64,000 bases of DNA from an uncultured Solirubrobacterales bacterium (GCA_963697505.1 CAVOOF010000002.1:514482-578481), one strand, 5' to 3'. Positions 19,468 to 31,873 are shown, counted from the first letter of the stretch. Translations and numbers: made by a program. Notes: generated by a model from the letters alone, not told the origin.

Positions 19468-20303
19468 TTGATCACCGATATCTCGGGATGGGTGGCCAGC
19501 AGCGTTTGGGTGAAGACGTAGTTGAACGCGAAGATGCCGAGGAACTCGATCACGACGCCCTGGTTCACCGCTCTACCCACTCCCTCGGCGCCGCCCGAGG
19601 CGGTCATCCCCTTGTAACAGGAGACGATCGCGATGATCGCGCCGAACAGCGTCGTCTTGAGCACCGAGCCCCAAAGGTCGGTGGTCGTCGCGTTGCTGAG
19701 CAGCGTCGCGAAGAACGGGCCGAGCGGGGCGTCGAAGGTCAGCGTCGCGAGCACGCCGCCGAAGATCCCGAAGATCAGCGCGAAGATGTTGAACAGGCCG
19801 GTGACGATCATCAGTGCCAGGAAACGCGGTACGACGAGGTTCTTGATCGGGTCGACGCCGAGCACCTGGAGCGCGTCGAGCTCCTCGCGGATCTTGCGCG
19901 CCCCGAGGTCGGCGGTGATCGCGGTGCCGCCGACGCCGGCGAGGATGATCGCCGTCACGAACGGGGCGAACTCGCGGATCGAGGCGAGCACGAAGAAGCC
20001 GCCGAGACGGTCGATCGCGCCGAAGATGACGAGGAAGTTCCCCGCCTGCAGGCCCGGCGCGCCATAGCCGAAGGCGACCGTCGAGATCAGCAGCGGCAGC
20101 CAGCAGAGCCGCAACATGAACAGGAACTGCTGGATGAACTCGGTTCCGTAGGGGAACGGTGGACGGACGGCCGAGACCAGCGTCTTACCCGTCAGGATCA
20201 TCATGTCGCCGACCTGCTCCAGCAGGTTCTTGGTGGGCAGGAACGCCCGGTCGGCTGCGGCTCGAACCACTATGACTCCCTCGTAACGAGGCTCCCCGAC
20301 CAT
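19464..20303 (-). CDS. MlaE/YrbE-family ABC permease (YrbEA)
   Basis: ORF 19464..20459 trimmed to ATG 20303 (MVGEPRYEG..), giving 279 aa. Core motif ..GARKIREELDALQVLGVDP... The upstream 52 codons of the tracked ORF are Arg/Cys-rich and unlikely to be coding. Confidence 0.8.
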   Translation of the reverse strand: MVGEPRYEGVIVVRAAADRAFLPTKNLLEQVGDMMILTGKTLVSAVRPPFPYGTEFIQQFLFMLRLCWLPLLISTVAFGYGAPGLQAGNFLVIFGAIDRLGGFFVLASIREFAPFVTAIILAGVGGTAITADLGARKIREELDALQVLGVDPIKNLVVPRFLALMIVTGLFNIFALIFGIFGGVLATLTFDAPLGPFFATLLSNATTTDLWGSVLKTTLFGAIIAIVSCYKGMTASGGAEGVGRAVNQGVVIEFLGIFAFNYVFTQTLLATHPEISVIK

Positions 20304-20438
20304 TGGACCCGCGGGAAAACCCCTGTCGTTGTGAACACTACGCCAGCGATCGGGGGGTGGCAACCTGGAACCCGAGCGGCCGCGCGTGCGACGGAACTGC
20401 GCCGGACAGCACATACCCCGTGCTATGTTCCGCTCGCT

Positions 20439-21059
20439 TTGACGCTGAGGAGAGGCCATGTGCTGCTGGGCGGTCTGTGCGGCCTGCTGTCCGTCGTCGC
20501 GATCGGCTGCGGCAGTGGTGAGCGCCAGGACGCCAACGAGGACGAGGCCTCCTACGAGGTCGCGGTCGTCGATGCAAGCTTCCCGAAGATGCAGCGACTG
20601 GCTCAGAAGTCCGACCTCGCGATCAAGGTGCGCAACGACAGCGACGCGACGATCCCGAACATCGCCCTGACGCTGAAGGGCCTCTCGCGGCGCTCGGACA
20701 ACCCGAAGCTCCAGGACCCCAACCGCCCCGTCTTCCTGATCGACGGCGTGCCGACCCAGATCGGCGGCTATCAGGAGGTCAAGCTCGCGGCCCCCGGCGG
20801 CGGGCAGACCGCGCTGGTCGACACCTGGGCGCTCGGCGCGCTGAAGCCCGGCGCCGAGAAGACCTTCCGCTGGAAGCTGACCGCCGTGAAGCCCGGCCCC
20901 TACGAGCTGAGCTACGCCGTCTCAGCCGGCCTCGGCGGCAAGGCGAAGGCGGTCGGCCCGGGCGACGCCCAGCCGCGCGGCGAGCTCACGGGCACGGTCA
21001 CCGCCCGCCCGCCAGCCAGCCGTGTCGCCGACGACGGCGTCACCGTCGTCAATCCGTAG
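20439..21059 (+). CDS. hypothetical lipoprotein
   Basis: Same frame as ORF 19488..21059. TTG 20439 gives MTLRRGHVLLGGLCGLLSVVAIGC|GSG, i.e. a basic n-region, h-region and lipobox. The alternative start GTG 20460 has GAGGAGAGG upstream. The mature part is beta-rich with no family recognised. Confidence 0.65.
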   Translation: MTLRRGHVLLGGLCGLLSVVAIGCGSGERQDANEDEASYEVAVVDASFPKMQRLAQKSDLAIKVRNDSDATIPNIALTLKGLSRRSDNPKLQDPNRPVFLIDGVPTQIGGYQEVKLAAPGGGQTALVDTWALGALKPGAEKTFRWKLTAVKPGPYELSYAVSAGLGGKAKAVGPGDAQPRGELTGTVTARPPASRVADDGVTVVNP

Positions 21060-21243
21060 CGCCGGCTTCCTCGCCCTCCCCCGCCCGCCGCCGCTCGTAC
21101 CCCGGGCACTCCAGCACCGGCACGCGCGGGTACTTCGCAAAGCGCGGATCGACCTTCGACCGCTCGCAGAGGCTGAACACGCTCCCCCGCGTGTTCCGCA
21201 CCACCCGCTGGTGACGGCAGCTGTCGCAGAGCCCGTTTCGCAC
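21049..21243 (-). CDS. small Cys-rich (4-Cys, zinc-ribbon-like) conserved hypothetical protein
   Basis: Intact 64-aa ORF MRNGLCDSCRHQRVVRNTRGSVFSLCERS..VLECPGYE, with a CxxC plus two distal Cys. It sits 40 nt downstream of the SGNH gene on the same strand. Confidence 0.55.
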   Translation of the reverse strand: MRNGLCDSCRHQRVVRNTRGSVFSLCERSKVDPRFAKYPRVPVLECPGYERRRAGEGEEAGATD

Positions 21244-21283
21244 GCCCCGAGTATCGCGGCGACGGGCGCGCGCCGCAGCGGGA

Positions 21284-22426
21284 TCAGTTACCGAGCTGGC
21301 GCCGGCCGTCCTTCTTCGGCGGCTCGGGCAGGTCGCTGCCCTTCAGCGCCGGGAAGTCCTTCGCCATCGCCTCCAGCACCATGCCGGCGGGGATGCCGGC
21401 GCCCTCGCGGTTGAAGTGGATGCCGTCGGACTGGCGGCCGAGCACCTCGCGGCCGTCGATCTCGACCTGGTCGGAGTACTTCCCGTCGTTGATCGTCGAG
21501 AAGACGTCGACGTAGCGGGCGCCCTCGACCGACTCCGCGGCGCGCTCGACGGCGCGGTTCTGCGAGCGATAGATCTCGTTGTACTGCTCGTCGCGCGCGG
21601 TCGGCGGCGGGACCCAGTAGACGGGCCGCTCGCCGTCGCCGCTGAGCGTCTTCATCACGACCGCGACGCGGCGCGCGAACTCCTCCTCCCACTCCGGCGT
21701 CCCCGGGGCGAACAGCTCGCCGTCGACCTCGACGTTGAAGCCGTCGTTGGCGCCGATCAGCATCACGACCGCGTCCGGGTCGCGCGTGGCGACCTCCTGC
21801 TCGGCGTTGACCTCCCAGTTGAAGAAGCCCGGGTTGGTCAGCGCTGTGCCGTTGCGCGCGACCGTCTCGGCGTCGATCAGGTTGCCGGTGTCGAGGTCGG
21901 CCATCCGCAGCCCGACGAGGTCGGCCTCGGAGTCGCCGGTCACGAGCACGTCGAGCGGCTGCCCGGGCGTGGGCTGGCGCCAGACCGGCTTCTGCGGCTG
22001 CTTGGCCTTGCGCTTCAGGATCTCCTTCGAGCCGCTCTCCAGCTCGGTGTCGGATGCGGTCTTGCTCTCCTGGCCGAACGCGAGGTCGAAGCCGCGGCGC
22101 GGCTCGTTGAGCTGGAGGAAGCCGGTGACGTCGGCGAGCGGGCGCGAGAAGGAGAGCGTGACGTCGCGCGTGGTGCCCGGCTTCATCCCCTCGCCGGCGC
22201 GAACCATCGCGTCGGCGTTGAAGATCGCGGCGACGACCAGCGCGACGACCACGACGATGAAGACGCGCCCGGCGGGCATCGTCAGGCGCGGGTCGGCAGG
22301 GTCGCCGATGCCCGGATGCGCCGGGTCGTGCACGTTCGGCTGGCCGCCGATCGGCTGCTCGTCGGAGAGCTGCTCGCGGCGGTGCCGGCGCTCCTGCTCG
22401 TGTCGGTGTCGGCGGCGGTCGTCCAT
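21284..22426 (-). CDS. SGNH/GDSL-family hydrolase/acyltransferase with N-terminal TM anchor (DUF459-like)
   Basis: Intact 380-aa ORF. Block I is VLVTGDSEADL (nucleophile Ser) and block V is SDGIHFN. TM VFIVVVVALVVAAIF. Its start lies 1 nt after the MBOAT stop. Confidence 0.8.
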   Translation of the reverse strand: MDDRRRHRHEQERRHRREQLSDEQPIGGQPNVHDPAHPGIGDPADPRLTMPAGRVFIVVVVALVVAAIFNADAMVRAGEGMKPGTTRDVTLSFSRPLADVTGFLQLNEPRRGFDLAFGQESKTASDTELESGSKEILKRKAKQPQKPVWRQPTPGQPLDVLVTGDSEADLVGLRMADLDTGNLIDAETVARNGTALTNPGFFNWEVNAEQEVATRDPDAVVMLIGANDGFNVEVDGELFAPGTPEWEEEFARRVAVVMKTLSGDGERPVYWVPPPTARDEQYNEIYRSQNRAVERAAESVEGARYVDVFSTINDGKYSDQVEIDGREVLGRQSDGIHFNREGAGIPAGMVLEAMAKDFPALKGSDLPEPPKKDGRRQLGN

Positions 22427-22427
22427 G

Positions 22428-23835
22428 TCAGAACTGGAAGTAGATGAACGGGGCCACGCCCTGCTGGCCGACGGCGGCGTCGGCGACCACGACCAGCGCT
22501 CCGAGCGCGGCGCCCTGCAGCAGCACCGGTCGTGCCACGAACCACTCCTCGGCGCGCTGCCAGAAGTCGCGCGGCACCGCCTGGATCGCCACCGCGCCCG
22601 CCGTCAGCGCCACCAGCACCGGCGTCACCAGCGGCGACGGCCCGCCCGCGAAGACCTGGCCGAGCACGCTGAACGCGATCCCGACGTCGGGCGAGCGGAA
22701 GAAGACCCAGGCGAGGCAGACGATGTTGAAGGTGATGAGCCAGGCGAGCCAGCGCGGGAGGTGGAGGCGCGGGTAGCGCTCGCCGAGCCAGCGCTCGCCG
22801 GCCAGCGCGCTGCCGTGGATGCCGCCCCAGACGACGAACGTCCAGCCGCGCCGTGCCAGAGGCCGCCGAGCAGCATCGTGAGCATCAGGTTGCGGTACGT
22901 CCGCCGCGCGCCGCGCGCGGTTGCCGCCGAGCGGGATGTAGAGGTAGTCGCGCAGCCAGCGCGAGAGCGAGATGTGCCAGCGCCGCCAGAAGTCCGGCGA
23001 GGCTGGTCGCGAGGTACGGGACGGTCGAAGTTCTGCGGCAGCTGGAAGCCGAGCAGCAGCGCGAGCCCGATCGCCATGTCGGTGTAGCCGGAGAAGTCGC
23101 AGTAGATCTGGACCGCGAAGGCGTAGATCGCCGACGCAGCGCCTCGGCGCCGGAGTGAGCGCCGCGGGTCGGCGAAGACCGGGTCGACGATCCGCGGCGC
23201 CAGCTTGTCGGCGACGACGATCTTCTTGAACAGGCCGCCGGCGATCAGGAAGATCGCCGGCCCGGCGAGCACCGTGCGCGGGTCGCGCGGCGTCTGCGAG
23301 CTGCGGCAGGAACTCCGCGGCGCGGACGATCGGCCCGGCGACGAGGTGCGGGAAGAACGCCTGGACGATCGCGAAGTCCATCAGCGACGCCGGCCGCTGG
23401 TCGCGCGCGGTAGACGTCGACGACGTAGCTGATCGCCTCGAAGGTGTAGAACGAGATGCCGATCGGCAGCACGATCGACAGCACCGGCAGCGGCGCGCCG
23501 AGGCCGATCGAGCTGAGCGCGTCGTCGGTCGAGTCGACGAAGAAGCCGAGGTACTTGAAGATCCCGAGCAGCGTCAGGTTCGCCGCGACGGCGATCGTCA
23601 CCCAGCGCTTGCGGGCCGCCTGATCGTCGGCGCGCGCGACCGCGTTCGCGAAGACCGTGTTGACGACCGTCGAGCCGACCAGCAACAGCACCCAGCGCCA
23701 GTCCAGCCAGCCGTAGAAGACCCACGACGAGACGAGGATGAACGGCCGCCAGGCGCGTGGATGCGGCATCAGCAGCCAGGACAGGAACAGGACGGCCGTG
23801 AAGAAAGCCGCGAACTCGATGGTCGGGAAGGTCAC
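22428..23835 (-). pseudogene. MBOAT-family membrane O-acyltransferase (AlgI/DltB/PatA-like); frameshifted (>=5 breaks)
   Basis: The N-terminus is intact in ORF 23245..23835 (MTFPTIEFAAFFTAVLFLSWL..ISFYTFEAISYVVDVY). The protein then alternates between ORFs 22428..23381 and 22625..23272: DFAIVQAFFPHLVAGPIVRA / AGPAIFLIAGGLFKKIVVADKLA..AFAVQIYCDFSGYTDMAIGLALLLGFQLPQNFDRP / FWRRWHISLSRWLRDYLYIPLGGNR / RTYRNLMLTMLLGGLWHGA / GWTFVVWGGIHG... to stop 22428. Confidence 0.8.
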
Positions 23836-23991
23836 GTGGGGAGGGAGGGCTCAGACAGGCGGGAGAAGCGCGGACTCTAAATCTTCGACACGTGGATAAA
23901 GACCCCTCGGCATGGCGCTCATACCTTGGCCTGGTCCGATTTCCCCGATCCGGCGGCCCGTCCGTCGCCGGCCCAAGGAGAGCCTCATACG

Positions 23992-25500
23992 ATGAGATCA
24001 CGTTTCCTGAGGACCGGCGCGCTCGCCATTGCGGTAGCAGCGCTTGCGTCCCTTCTAATGCCCGGGGCAGCGTTCGCCCAGGCCGACGTCCTGGAGCAGG
24101 TGGAGGCCAAGGCCGCCGAGCTCGACATGGTCTGGGTCGCCGTCGCAACCATCCTGGTCTTCCTCATGCAGGCCGGGTTCATGTTCCTCGAGATCGGCTT
24201 CTCGCGGCAGAAGAACGCCGGCACCGGCGTGGCGAAGATCTTCATCAACCTGGCGGTCGTGACGATCGCCTGGTGGGCGATCGGCTACGGCGTCAACGGG
24301 TCGGGCAACGACTTCTTCGGCAACGACGGCTTCTTCTTCCACTTCGGTCAGACGATCGGCAGTGGAGCGGAGGCGACGGTCGTGACGGCCGACGACACGA
24401 TGATGATGCTGTTCGGCCTCGCGTTCTGCGCGGTGTCGCTGGCGATCGTCTGGGGCACGACGCTCGAGCGGATCAAGTTCGGCGCCTACGTGATCTACGC
24501 GATCGTCTTCGGCGCGCTGATCTACCCGCTGGTGGCGCACTCGGTCTGGGGCGGCGGCCTGCTGTCCGACGTCGGCGGCAAGCCCGTCATGGACTTCGCC
24601 GGCTCGTCGGTCGTCCACCTCACCGGCGCCGTCGGCGGCGCTCGCGGCGCTGCTGCTGCTCGGCGCTCGCAAGGGCAAGTACGGCCCCGACGGCAAGCCG
24701 CGGGCGATCCCCGGCCACTCGATGCCGCTGGTCGGCCTCGGCGTGGTGATCCTGTGGATCGGCTGGTTCGGCTTCAACGGCGGCTCGACGTTCGAGACCG
24801 CCGGCTCGTTCTTCGGCGAGGTCATGCTGAACACCCAGCTCGCGGCCGCGGCCGGCGTCATCGGCGCCAGCATCGCCGTCTACTCGAAGACGAAGTCGCT
24901 CGACGTCGGCATGGCCGGCAACGGCGCGATCGCCGGCCTGGTCGGCATCACGGCCCCGGCCGGGTTCGTCGAGTACTGGGCGGCGCCGATCATCGGCCTG
25001 ATCGCCGGCTTCATCGTCGTCTACGGCGTCCTGGTCGATCGAGATGAAGCTCGACGACCCGGTCGGCGCGCTGTCGGCGCACGGCCTGGCCGGCATCTGG
25101 GGCACGCTCGCGGTCGGCGTCTTCGCCTCGCCGCGACTGATCGTCGACGGCGCCGCGCCAGGCATCTGGTACGGCATCTTCGGCGACGCCACGCTCAGCT
25201 CGACGTTCGGTCAGCTGGGGGTCCAGGCGGCCGCCGTCGGCCTCACGTTCGTGGTCGTGTTCGTCCTCTCGATACGCCACGTTCGCCTTCATCAAGGCGA
25301 CGATCGGGCTGCGGGTCGACGAGGACGAGGAGGAGGCCGGGCTGGACATCTCGTCGCACGGGATGTACGGCTACCCCGAGATGTTCATCCCGCAGCCGGA
25401 GTACTCGACCGGAATGCCGGGCCCTGTCGGACTGGGAGCGTCGCCGGCGGTACCGGCGGGCACTGCCAGTGCGATGACCGCGTCCACCGAGTCACGATAG
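23992..25500 (+). pseudogene. amtB: ammonium transporter Amt; frameshifted (3 breaks, each +1)
   Basis: ATG 23992 lies after AAGGAGAG, with signal peptide MRSRFLRTGALAIAVAALASLLMPGAAFA. Frame A runs to ..FAGSSVVHLTGAVGG (~24645). Frame A+1 covers LLLLGARKGKYGPDGKPRAIPGHSMPLVGLGVVILWIGWFGFNGGS..FIVVYGVLV (~25040). Frame A+2 covers MKLDDPVGALSAHGLAGIWGTLAVGVFA..VVVFVLS (~25270). The protein then returns to frame A with YATFAFIKATIGLRVDEDEEEAGLDISSHGMYGYPE..STESR* (TAG 25498-25500). The span is 1509 nt, or 503 codons. Confidence 0.85.
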
Positions 25501-25513
25501 GAGGCTGGCAGAC

Positions 25514-25888
25514 ATGAAGAAGATCGAGGCGTTCATCCGCCACGAGGCCTTCGAGCCGATCCGCATGGAGCTGCTCGACAAGGGCTTCCCGAGCCTCTCC
25601 ATCGCGGAGTACAAGGGCTCGGGCAGGCAGAAGGGGATCACCGAGCACTACCGCGGCTCGGAGATGACCATCCACCTGCGTCCCAAGCTCAAGCTCGAGA
25701 TCGTGGTCGAGGGCAAAGACGTGGGCGTGATCACGGAGGTGATCCTGAAGCACGCCCGCACGGGTCAGGTCGGCGACGGCAAGATCTTCGTGATCCCGGT
25801 GGAGGAGGCGATTCGCATCCGCACCGGCGAGGACGGAGATCCGGTCTTGCAGATCCATGGCTCGGAGGAGATCCCGGCGGGGGCCTAG
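25514..25888 (+). CDS. glnK: PII nitrogen regulatory protein (GlnK/GlnB family)
   Basis: Intact 124-aa ORF with T-loop [15 protein letters not shown] and B-loop [11 protein letters not shown]. It starts 13 nt after the amtB stop, with AGGAGG upstream. Confidence 0.9.
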   Translation: MKKIEAFIRHEAFEPIRMELLDKGFPSLSIAEYKGSGRQKGITEHYRGSEMTIHLRPKLKLEIVVEGKDVGVITEVILKHARTGQVGDGKIFVIPVEEAIRIRTGEDGDPVLQIHGSEEIPAGA

Positions 25889-25910
25889 CTCCCTCTCCCA
25901 CCCCACGCCG

Positions 25911-25965
25911 GGGCTTCGCCACAACGGCGGGCGCGCACGGGGGCGCGCCCGCCGGGCGAAGGCCC
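25911..25965 (+). terminator. two-tier GC hairpin downstream of glnK (terminator/attenuator candidate)
   Basis: Inner 12-bp stem CGGCGGGCGCGC (25925-25936) / GCGCGCCCGCCG (25943-25954) with a 6-nt loop. Outer stem GGGCTTCGCC (25911-25920) / GGCGAAGGCCC (25955-25965) with one bulge. No U-tract. Confidence 0.45.
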
Positions 25966-26022
25966 GGCTCACTCACGGTTAAAGTCCGCATTCACAACCC
26001 CCGTAGGAGGCCCCGAACTCAG

Positions 26023-28175
<2,153 letters not shown>

Positions 28176-28200
28176 CCCGCGGCTACACCCGGACGTACGC

Positions 28201-28234
28201 GAAGGCCCCGCTCCGGCGGGGCCTTCGTCTTTTC
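28201..28234 (+). terminator. intrinsic terminator after glnN
   Basis: GAAGGCCCCGC (28201-28211), loop TCCG, GCGGGGCCTTC (28216-28226), followed by GTCTTTTC. It lies between convergent glnN and metH. Confidence 0.7.
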
Positions 28235-28284
28235 GGGCCAGGGATCGGCGTGACTGCCCCGCCGATCCCTAGTCCGAACCAGCC

Positions 28285-31200
28285 CTACGCAGGCGCCTCG
28301 TCCGGTGCCCGCTCGATGGCCTCCTCCTCGACGGCGCCGTCGCGGGCGTCGGAGTCGGGCGGGAGCTCGCCGCCGCGCTCGGTGCCGGCGATCAGCTCGT
28401 CGGGGGCCTTGTCCTCGGGGATGAAGCCGGACTTCATGCCGAAGTAGACCGACTGCGGGTGGTGGGAGACGATCGCGACGGTCGACTGCTCGGGCATCAC
28501 GGCGAAGCCGTCGGAGAGGTACATGCCGATCTGGTCGAGGTCGAGCAGGCGCCAGACCTTCTCGTGCTCGGACTGGTCCGGGCAGGCGGGGTAGCCCCAG
28601 GAGTAGCGGCGGCCCTGGTCGGCGTCGATGCCGAACGCCGCGCGCGCCTGGGCGTGCGACCACTCGGCGAGCCCCTCCGCCGACTGGACGGCGAGGCCGT
28701 GGACGAACAGCTGCTCGGAGAACTCGCCGGCGGCCTCCAGCTCGGCCATCCGGTCGGTCGACTTCGGCCCGACGGTGACGCCCTGGAGCGCGACGACGTC
28801 GCGCTCGCCGGAGTCGAGCGGCCGGTAGAAGTCGGCCAGGCAGATGCGGTCGTGCTTCGGCTGGCGCGGGAAGGTCAGCCGCTCGATCTCGCGGTCGGGG
28901 TCCTCGGGATCGAAGATCACGAGGTCGTTGCCGTCGCTGTTGCACGGGAAGTAGCCGATCCGGGCACGGGGCTCGAGGTAGTCCTGCTCGCGCCACATCC
29001 GCTCGAGCTTCGGCGCGAAGCCCTCCTCGCCGTCGTGGCCCTCGACGATCTGGCGCCACTCCTCGCCCTTCTTGCCGCGCCCGCCCCAGTGCAGCTTGAA
29101 CAGCACGTGGCGGTCGAGGTACGGGAAGACGTCCTCGAACGGCACGTCGATCTCGCGCACGCCCCAGAAGGGCGGGTCGGGGATCGGCGTGTCGGTGCGC
29201 GCCTTCGAGCGGACGCTGGCGTCGGTGACCGGCGGCGAGTCGTCGATCACGACCGGCTTCTCGCGCAGCGTCTTGGCCTCGTCGCGGATCCTCTCGACCA
29301 GCGCGGCACGGGCGTCGCCGTCGATCAGCGCGTCCATCGTGTCGAGCCCGGAGAAGGCGTCCTTGCAGTAGAAGACACCGGGCGCGTAGGTCTCGTCGGA
29401 CTGCTTGCCCTTCGGATAGAGCATGCGGCGGCCGAAGTCGCGGTTGATCGCCGCGCCCCCGACCAGCACCGGGAACTCGAGCCCGCGCTGGTGCAGCTCG
29501 CCGACGCAGATCGGCATCTGCTTCGAGGTCGAGACCAGCAGCGCCGAGAGCCCGATCGCGTCGGCGTCGTTCTCGACCGCCGCCTCGATGATCGTGTCGA
29601 CCGGGACCTGCTTGCCGAGGTCGATCACGGTGTAGCCGTTGTTGGTCAGGATCGTGTTCACGAGCGACTTGCCGATGTCGTGGACGTCGCCGAAGACGGT
29701 CGCGATCACGACCTTGCCCTTGGTGTGGCCGTCCATCCGCTCGAGGTAGTTCTCGAGCTGCGCCACGGCGCGCTTCATCACCTCGGCCGACTGGAGCACG
29801 AACGGCAGGATCAGCTCGCCGGAGCCGAACTTGTCGCCGACCTCCTTCATCGCCGGCAGCAGCACCTGGTTGAGCGTCGGGACGGCACCGATCTTCTCGA
29901 CCGACTTGTCGATCTGGTCCTCCACCCCGTCGCGCTTGCGCCGCAGGATGTGCCAGTGCAGCGCCTCCTCCGGCTCCATGTCGGCGGTCGGGTCGGCAGT
30001 CTCGGCCTCGGCCTCGTCGCCCTTGGACTCGTAGTGGCCGATGAAGCGCTCGAGCGCGTCCTCACGACGGTTGAAGACCAGGTCGTCGACCAGCTCGCGC
30101 TCGTTGTCCGGAATCTCGCCGTACGGCGTGATGTGGTTCGGGTTGACCATCGCGAGGTCGAGCCCGGCCTCGACGCAGTGGTGCAGGAAGACCGAGTTGA
30201 GCGCCGCGCGCGCGTGCGGCGAGACGCCGAACGAGACGTTCGAGACGCCGAGCGAGGTCTTGACCTCGGGCAGCTCCCGCTTGAGCAGCCGGATGCCCTC
30301 GATCGTCTCGACGGCCGACGGCCGCCACTCCTCGTCGCCGGTGGTCAGCGTGAAGGTGAGCAGGTCGAAGATCAGCAGCTCGGGGTCGAGCCCGTGCTCG
30401 TCGCAGGCCAGCTCCTTGATCCGCTTGGCGATCTCGAGCTTGCGCTCGCGCGTCTTCGCCATGCCCGACCTCGTCGATCGTCAGCGCGATCACGGCCGCG
30501 CCGTGGGCGATCGCCAGCGGGACGACGCGGTCGAGCTTCTCGCGCCCGGCCTCGAGGTTGATCGAGTTGACGATCGCGCGGCCCGGGATCTGCTCGAGCG
30601 CCTCCTCGATCACGTCCGGCTCGGTCGAGTCGACCTGGATCGGCGCCGGCTGGCTGAGCGAGACGCGCTCGGCGACCTTGCGCATCTGCTCGCCCTCGTC
30701 CTCGGTCCGCTCGGTCAGCGCGACGCAGAGGTCGAGCACGTGGGCGCCGCCCTCGACCTGGTCCTCGGCGACCTGGACGAGGCCGTCGTAGTCGTCGGCG
30801 AGCAGCAGCTCCTTGGCCTTGCGCGAGCCCTGCGAGTTGACGCGCTCGCCGACCAGCGTCGGCCGCGGCTCCTGGACCAGCGGCGTCGCGGTCATCATGC
30901 TCGACACGTACGGCTCGCCGGCGGCGGGACGCGGGCCGACCGGCCTGCCCCCGACCTTCTCGGCGATCGCCCGGATGTGGTCGGGCGTCGTGCCGCAGCA
31001 GCCGCCGACGATGCCGACGCCGTAGCGCTCGACGAACTCCTCGAGCGTCTTGGCCAGCGACTCGGGCTGCTCGGGGAAGATCGTCTCGCCGTCAGGGCCC
31101 TGCAGCGGCAGGCCCGCGTTTGGGATGCAGTGGACCGGCAGCGGGCTGTTCTCGCCGAGGTAGCGGATCGCGTCGCGCATGTCCTCGGGACCGGTCGAGC

Positions 31201-31873
31201 AGTTGAGCCCGATCACCTGGACGTCGAGCGCGGTGAGCGTCGTCAGCACCGCCTGGATGTCGGTACCGAGCAGCATCTTGCCGCCGTTGGGCAGCAGCGA
31301 GACCGAGCACTGGATCGGCAGCCTGCGGCCGGTCGTCTTGAACGCCTCGCGAGCGCCGAAGATCGCCGCCTTGACCTCGAGGATGTCCTGCGCGGTCTCG
31401 ATGATCAGCAGGTCCGCGCCACCCTGGATCAGGCCCTCGGACTGCTCCTGGAAGACCTCGACGAGGTCGCGGAAGCGGATGTCGCCGAGCGTCGGGTCGT
31501 CGGAGGCCGGCAGGAAGCCGGTCGGGCCGATCGAGCCGGCGACGAAGCGGTCTTCGCCAACCGCCTTGCGGGCGATCTCCGCGGCGCGCTGGTTGATCTC
31601 GACGGTGTGGTCGGCCAGCCCCCACTCGTCGAGCTTCAGCCGGCTCGCCTGGAAGGTGTCGGTCTCGACGACCTCGGCACCGGCCTCGACCATCGACGTG
31701 TGGACGCCCTCGATCACGTCGGGGCGGTTGAGGATCAGCGCCTCGTGGCACTTACCCTGCAGCCCGCCGTAGTCCTCCTGCGTCAGGTCGAACTGCTCGA
31801 GCGTGGCGCCCATGCCGCCGTCGAAGACGACGACGCGCTCGTTGACGGTGCGGAGGTAGTCGCGGTCGGCCAT
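28285..31873 (-). pseudogene. metH: cobalamin-dependent methionine synthase MetH; single frameshift at 30464-30466
   Basis: ORF 30062..31873 carries the Hcy-binding domain (GGMGT, GLNCSTGP, GGCCGTTP) and the pterin domain up to ..AVIALTIDEVG. ORF 28285..30462 starts MAKTRERKLEIAKRI.. and carries the B12 domain (GDVHDIGKS) and the AdoMet activation domain (RRYSWGYPACPD). Removing one C of CCC 30464-30466 gives one 1195-aa protein. Confidence 0.9.

Noticed and set aside
20458-20670. ATG-initiated 70-aa ORF (MCCWAVCAACC..) at the lipoprotein locus.
   Set aside because: It is Cys/Arg-rich nonsense. The overlapping frame gives a textbook lipoprotein signal peptide and a 200-aa open frame to 21059.
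25966-26022. GlnR/NtcA-type nitrogen operator upstream of glnN (GTTAAAGTCCGCATTCAC), and in the AT-richer patch upstream of amtB (23877-23903).
   Set aside because: Only loose resemblance to the GTnAC-n6-GaAAC GlnR box, with half-sites and spacing that do not fit. I cannot support it without a position-weight-matrix scan.
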